Assembly (NCBI GenBank): GCA_001655205.1 | Contig: LPNZ01010514.1 | Location: forward strand, 25,100-89,099 | From: Lenisia limosa | Lineage: Eukaryota; Protista; Breviatea | Reading direction: 5' to 3' | DNA: 64,000 bases | In this document: positions 59,356 to 64,000 of the stretch, piece after piece | Layout of the letters: the number at the start of each line of letters is the position of its first letter | Numbering within the stretch: position 1 is the stretch's first letter | Notes under the pieces: generated by a model | Database searches by the model: none | Told to the model about the DNA's origin: nothing | What the model saw: only the letters and a program-made list of their open reading frames with translations | Translations under genes and position numbers: made by a program

Positions 59356-62300
59356 ATGTATAAGACTCTCTCCTTTGGTCTCCAGCTGATGAGGGGGGTA
59401 TTAATACCCTTAATAGTCATATTAGCATGTCATTTGACCACTGCAGCAAACTGTTAGTCGATTGCTCTATTTTCAATATTCTGATCTTCCAGCTGGCAAT
59501 CACACCCTCATGGTCTTTGGTCGCAATGTTGAGAATATGTTTGGAATGACTCGTGAGACCCTGGTATCCGAGTGCGCTGGGGTTCAACTCCTCTTCTGAA
59601 AAGCTGGAAAAATCCTGACTTCCAATTGTGATTACTTATTGTTATACTTTTGTGCTTTTTTGAAACGAGCATGTCACGTTTAACTACTTAATCATCATAA
59701 AATAATGAAATATTACGTGCTTTTGAGGTTAAGTTTTGAGCTTCTCGCTTTGCAATTGCTTGTAATGTCCCTTCTACAGGGCAGTCGGCATGGACCTTCC
59801 CTCAGACTACGACGTTGTTCAGCCCGTCTCAAATACAGATGCTGTCATCTACACCACTGGTAGGGTTTGAAGTGATTGTGTAATCATCTTGTGTGCTGAT
59901 GCAGTGATGATGTGATGATGCAATGACTAACAATGTAGCTGGCAGTTCTGTTCTTCATTTCAAGTCCCATCTATCGTCAGGAGAGACCCAACTTGAAGAT
60001 GTGGTAGGTGCAGTGGCTGTTGTGTTTTTGAGCTTGGTTCCAAGATTTTTGGTTGTGTATCTGATCAACTTTTTGATGTTATGATATCAACTTTTGCTTA
60101 TGCTTCAGGTTAACGCGAATATGGACCGAAGCATTACAGGTAGGTGTTTTCGATTTTGTCTCTTGATCGTTGCTGACTTTTAGGCCCGACAGCTACTTTG
60201 AAGGTCACTCCTGTTGTTCGCGCGTATAATGGAGTCACGGTGGCGGATTCCTATGTTGCCGTATTGGATGGTAGGGCCCTTGCAAATAGGACTACGCCCA
60301 AGCCTTTTGACACTTAAGATGCGGGAGCGCTTCAGCTTCTTGGTGGTGCTGACCTCTATGATGTGGGTGTCCCATGAACCCTTTAATTTTCCAAAGGCAA
60401 TGTTCAGCCTTTTTTAGAATTTAAGTTTCTCTAAGCTTGGTGACATTACAGGGGTCAACCACTTCGTCTTGGAGAGACCACACGTATATCCAACCGTCTC
60501 TCTCTGGAACAGTGTTCATTAAGCTTTTCAATGGACTCAATATCATTATTGCTGTTTCTGGTGGGTGTGAAGAATCAAGCAGATTTGCCTCCGTGGATTG
60601 AGCTGAACATTGACCTCACCCTCCTCCAGACACAAACGTCCCCTATTTTATTGGAACTGCACGGTCAAGAATGGCCTTAGCAGCCAGTACTCCTGATGTG
60701 GTCAAAATGGAGCCCTCTACTACCTCCTTTGCTCATCCGATTGTGGACGCTGGATCTATTGATCTCGATCATAGTTTTATCCATCTTGGTGAGGAGTTAT
60801 CTTCATGTTGCAGTCTTGTTGTAATGAAAGTGATGGTTGACCCCCCAGATAATGGTGATGTTTACTTTGCCGGTGAGCGTCTCTTCTTGGGTGCGGCAGG
60901 TGGTTCAAAAGTCAACTACACGAGTTTGGTTTCAGGAGTGGACAAGGTATGTCAGAGATATGTACAAGCACACTACAGAGGGAGCATTTATGTTCCTTAC
61001 TGCTCAGGTTATCCCGTATCGTAACTTCTACATCTTTCTAAAAGGTATGCATGCGGTTTTGTCGCACTTTATAAATAGGCAACTTTATATTGTAGGAATC
61101 AATATCTTCCATTTTCATGTGATTAGAATATTCTTCATCGAAATTTCCTTCATTTTACCCCCCCCCCTTAAGGAGGCAAGGTTCAATGCAACTGTCGTCC
61201 TGATGAGTTTCTCATGAGCGCCGTATTCTCTGTCGATGTCGTTGTTCTGGTTTGTAAACATTAGATTGAGCAATCATAACCAATCAGCCGACAACGTCTG
61301 CCTATTCCGATGTAACCGACGCGGTGTTCACTTCTGATGGCACCGGCGCTATAGCCAAAAGTATGCAAGTCTATTCTGAATATTTTTTGAGTAAGATCAC
61401 AAATTGCTGTTTTGAATAAGATCAATAATTTGACTTTACTTTTTTACACCTTGAATTTTGCGCCTCACCCCCCCCCCCCAGGTAATGGTGATATTCTGCT
61501 CTTTGGGCAAAACAGTCGAAGACGAATATCGTTCCAAAGTCCCGACACGGAATTCTTCCAGCCGACAGTGGTGCGCGGGGGGGGGGGGGNNNNNNNNNNN
61601 NNNNNNNNNNNNNNNNNNNNNNNNNNNNNNNNNNNNNNNNNNNNNNNNNNNNNNNNNNNNNNNNNNNNNNNNNNNNNNNNNNNNNCCTTCGGTTACACTG
61701 TTGACGAATTTAGAGAGCCACGGAGTCATCACCGGTTTTCATGACATTTCCTCAGTCCGTCGTCTATAGCACTGGTACCAGGGTACATCATAGGCAATAC
61801 CTTGTTCATGCTGCCTTTTGTTTCCACTTGATTTCGTCCATCATTTCTCAGCAACGCGCATTGAAGGGTGGTCATCTCTGGCTGCTTTCTCCACCGGCTC
61901 CCTTGCACAAGGCGACTACTTACCCGTATGGGGGAAAAGGGCAGGACGGTCACAATGCGATTGTACTGACTCTCTAGTCCCTAGTACCAAACCCAGGCAT
62001 TGCCGGGCATAAGAACATCCTCAAATACGCTACCAGCGCCAAGAACCTCTTTATTCTCAGTGGTATGGCTTCTGGACTTGGTGTTTGTGACTCCTGGTGA
62101 TTCACTGACTGAATTTCTGGATATACAATCAAGTGGTTGATTAGAAACGAAGGCAATTCCCTATATCCCAGGATTATGTACCCAGAAACCTACGGCGAAG
62201 TGATAATTGAAGTGGCAGGCTCGGCCCTTACTAGCGACTTCNNNNNNNNNNNNNNNNNNNNNNNNNNNNNNNNNNNNNNNNNNNNNNNNNNNNNNGCATA

Positions 62301-64000
62301 GCATGATATAAATAATACTACATGTCGTATAATTCTGGCACCTCCTGAATACTACATGTCTATAATTCTGGCACCTCCTGAATCTGTGGCATAAGACGGA
62401 TTTAGGAGGGCCTTCACATGGGTTATTATGCAGGGGCTATTGTCCTTATTCATGAATTTAATTCTTGTAGGTATGCTGGGGAGGCACGCAGAAAGCTGTG
62501 TACACAGAGTTGTAAGGCAAATGATTGGGTGGATTAATATTATATTATAATCTAATATTTACTGTAAGCGTGATGGTGTGGACAGCTTCGGCCAGATACT
62601 TTATTTTTTTATTTCTCATTGCTATATATAATACTCTATGATATGTATTATATCATATGTAATGGCATGTAATATGCATCTGATATGATATGAAGAGTCC
62701 TTTTAGCTTAATACCTCCCCCTCAGCCCAAACTTATCGACGACAATTACTACGATGGATTCGTGAGGCTGGACCAGGTGTATCTTCGCACACCCCCTCGG
62801 GACATTTACGCGTCCGACCATCACACCTGTACTTTCAGTATGAGAGGCACTTCAATTGTTGCGACCATATGATGTAGCAATATGTGTTCGGCCTCTTTTG
62901 TTCAAGTGCCAGAGATGTATTGCGTGCTGAGTTATTAATTGCATTGAGACATTTGGCAAAGGTTACACTGTGAAGGAGTGTTTTTTTGTGGGATTTCTGA
63001 CATATTAGCCCACGACAACTTCTACTGTGCAGGGTCTATTGGAGGAAAAGCCACGCCCGTCCTTCAAACAGTAAGCCTGGTTCCTTGCAAATCAATACAA
63101 GCGTTGACGCTATTCCAACTTATTATTCAGTTTACACCGCTGCCTGTTGTGGATTGGGTCCGCTTCATCGTTTCTGCCGTCCGAGGGGAGACGCTAGTTT
63201 TTGTCAATTGGCTTGGAGAAGTAAGGGGGTTTCATATTGGTTCAGTGCACCCCCAGATAGTGACTATTTAGGGGTATGTCATTGGGCCGCTTGATCTTTC
63301 TTTGGGATACACGGCCGAGCAAATCGCGAACTATGACGAAGTTTCTGGTGGGAAGTGGCTACGGGACCACAAAGATGATTTTTCTTAAAGGTTGCTCCAT
63401 AGTCCTTAATTTATTTGTTCTTTCATATGCTCTCCTTTTAACATGAGTTCAGACAACTTTTGTGATACGTTTTTGTGCCCCCCCNNNNNNNNNNNNNNNN
63501 NNNNNNNNNNNNNNNNNNNNNNNNNNNNNNNNNNNNNNNNNNNNNNNNNNNNNNNNNNNNNNNNNNNNNNNNNNNNNNNCCCGAGCTCAACGACCGCATT
63601 CGACACATGGCACTGGACTATGAAGGGGGCTACATTGTCGGAGGTAGGCACTGGACTATGAAGGGGAGTACTGGGGATTCTTTGGACATTTCTTTTGACC
63701 ATACTGGGTTATATCAGATCTACGTACCATAACAGGAAGCAACAATATCTACTTACCATAACAGGAAGCAACAAGATCTACGGTATTGGCAAGACGGTGT
63801 ACATGCGGTACTTTGACGATGGATTCGGCCCCGAGGATAACGTTATGATCTTTGAGGAGCCAAGTGAGCTTATCCGAATCTTTTGCTGATTATCTGTGAT
63901 CTATGGCCTTCATCCCTAGCGTGTCTCTATCATAACCATCCCAGCATATCTTGAGTTCTACAGTCTCGAGTCTTCAGCACGAGTATCCGTAGGGGGGGGG
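59356..64000 (+). CDS. Second giant secreted protein with RCC1-like blades, related to the 5785-14142 gene; 3' end outside window
   Basis: Signal-like MRGVLIPLIVILACHLTTAA followed by HTLMVFGRNVENMFG (cf. RELGAYGRNSGNVFG in the first gene). Further blades DILLFGQNS, DVYFAGE, KIYGIGK. Many short exons, three assembly gaps. Confidence 0.65.
62318..62383. repeat. ~34-nt tandem duplication in an intron of the second giant gene
   Basis: CTACATGTC(G)TATAATTCTGGCACCTCCTGAAT twice. Confidence 0.85.

Noticed and set aside
59311-59400. ATG-TAG followed by a hydrophobic in-frame stretch, suggesting TAG reassigned to Gln
   Set aside because: A good signal peptide starts downstream at 59356/59389, the reconstructed XPD and actin-like exons contain no in-frame TAG/TAA/TGA, and several genes end at TAG.
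59573-59590. GTATCC donor resembling a U12-type intron
   Set aside because: It reads GTATCCGA rather than GTATCCTT and no U12 branch site is evident. I saw no AT-AC introns.
612-61589. Idea that donor G-runs base-pair with acceptor C-runs in the same intron
   Set aside because: In fully sequenced introns (612-893, 37017-37104, 50812-50885) only one run type is present, so intramolecular pairing is unsupported. Gap-containing introns cannot be judged.
17297-63579. Nine N-runs
   Set aside because: Assembly gaps, several next to homopolymers or tandem repeats; ORFs spanning them are artefacts.

Overview
Gene-dense, intron-rich eukaryotic (protist-like) DNA using the standard genetic code and GT-AG introns, many only 28-31 nt. 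I reconstructed 13 spliced genes by hand: XPD/ERCC2 (5' partial, +); a highly divergent actin-like protein (+); a giant secreted beta-propeller-like/Cys-rich multi-TM surface protein (-); HRD1-type RING E3 (+); SLX4-like scaffold (-); DDX54/DBP10 (+); KIF28/KLP-6-type kinesin-3 ending in a polybasic CaaX box (-); DESI/PPPDE peptidase (+); a degenerate extended-SDR epimerase (-); an ankyrin protein (+); IQCA1/DRC11 (-), suggesting a flagellated stage; a TMEM8/PGAP6-like protein (-); and a second giant surface protein related to the first (3' partial, +). The most unusual signals are non-coding: (1) a ~100-bp palindromic intronic element in 3 full and 1 partial copies whose arms covary; (2) all 12 G/C homopolymers of 8 nt or more that I could place sit against splice sites, G-runs after donors and C-runs before acceptors; (3) repeated tandem duplications straddling splice junctions; (4) near-strict head-to-head/tail-to-tail gene alternation. 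Exon boundaries are manual and gene ends are approximate where stated. I saw no rRNA, tRNA, CRISPR array or transposase. I could not identify the organism.
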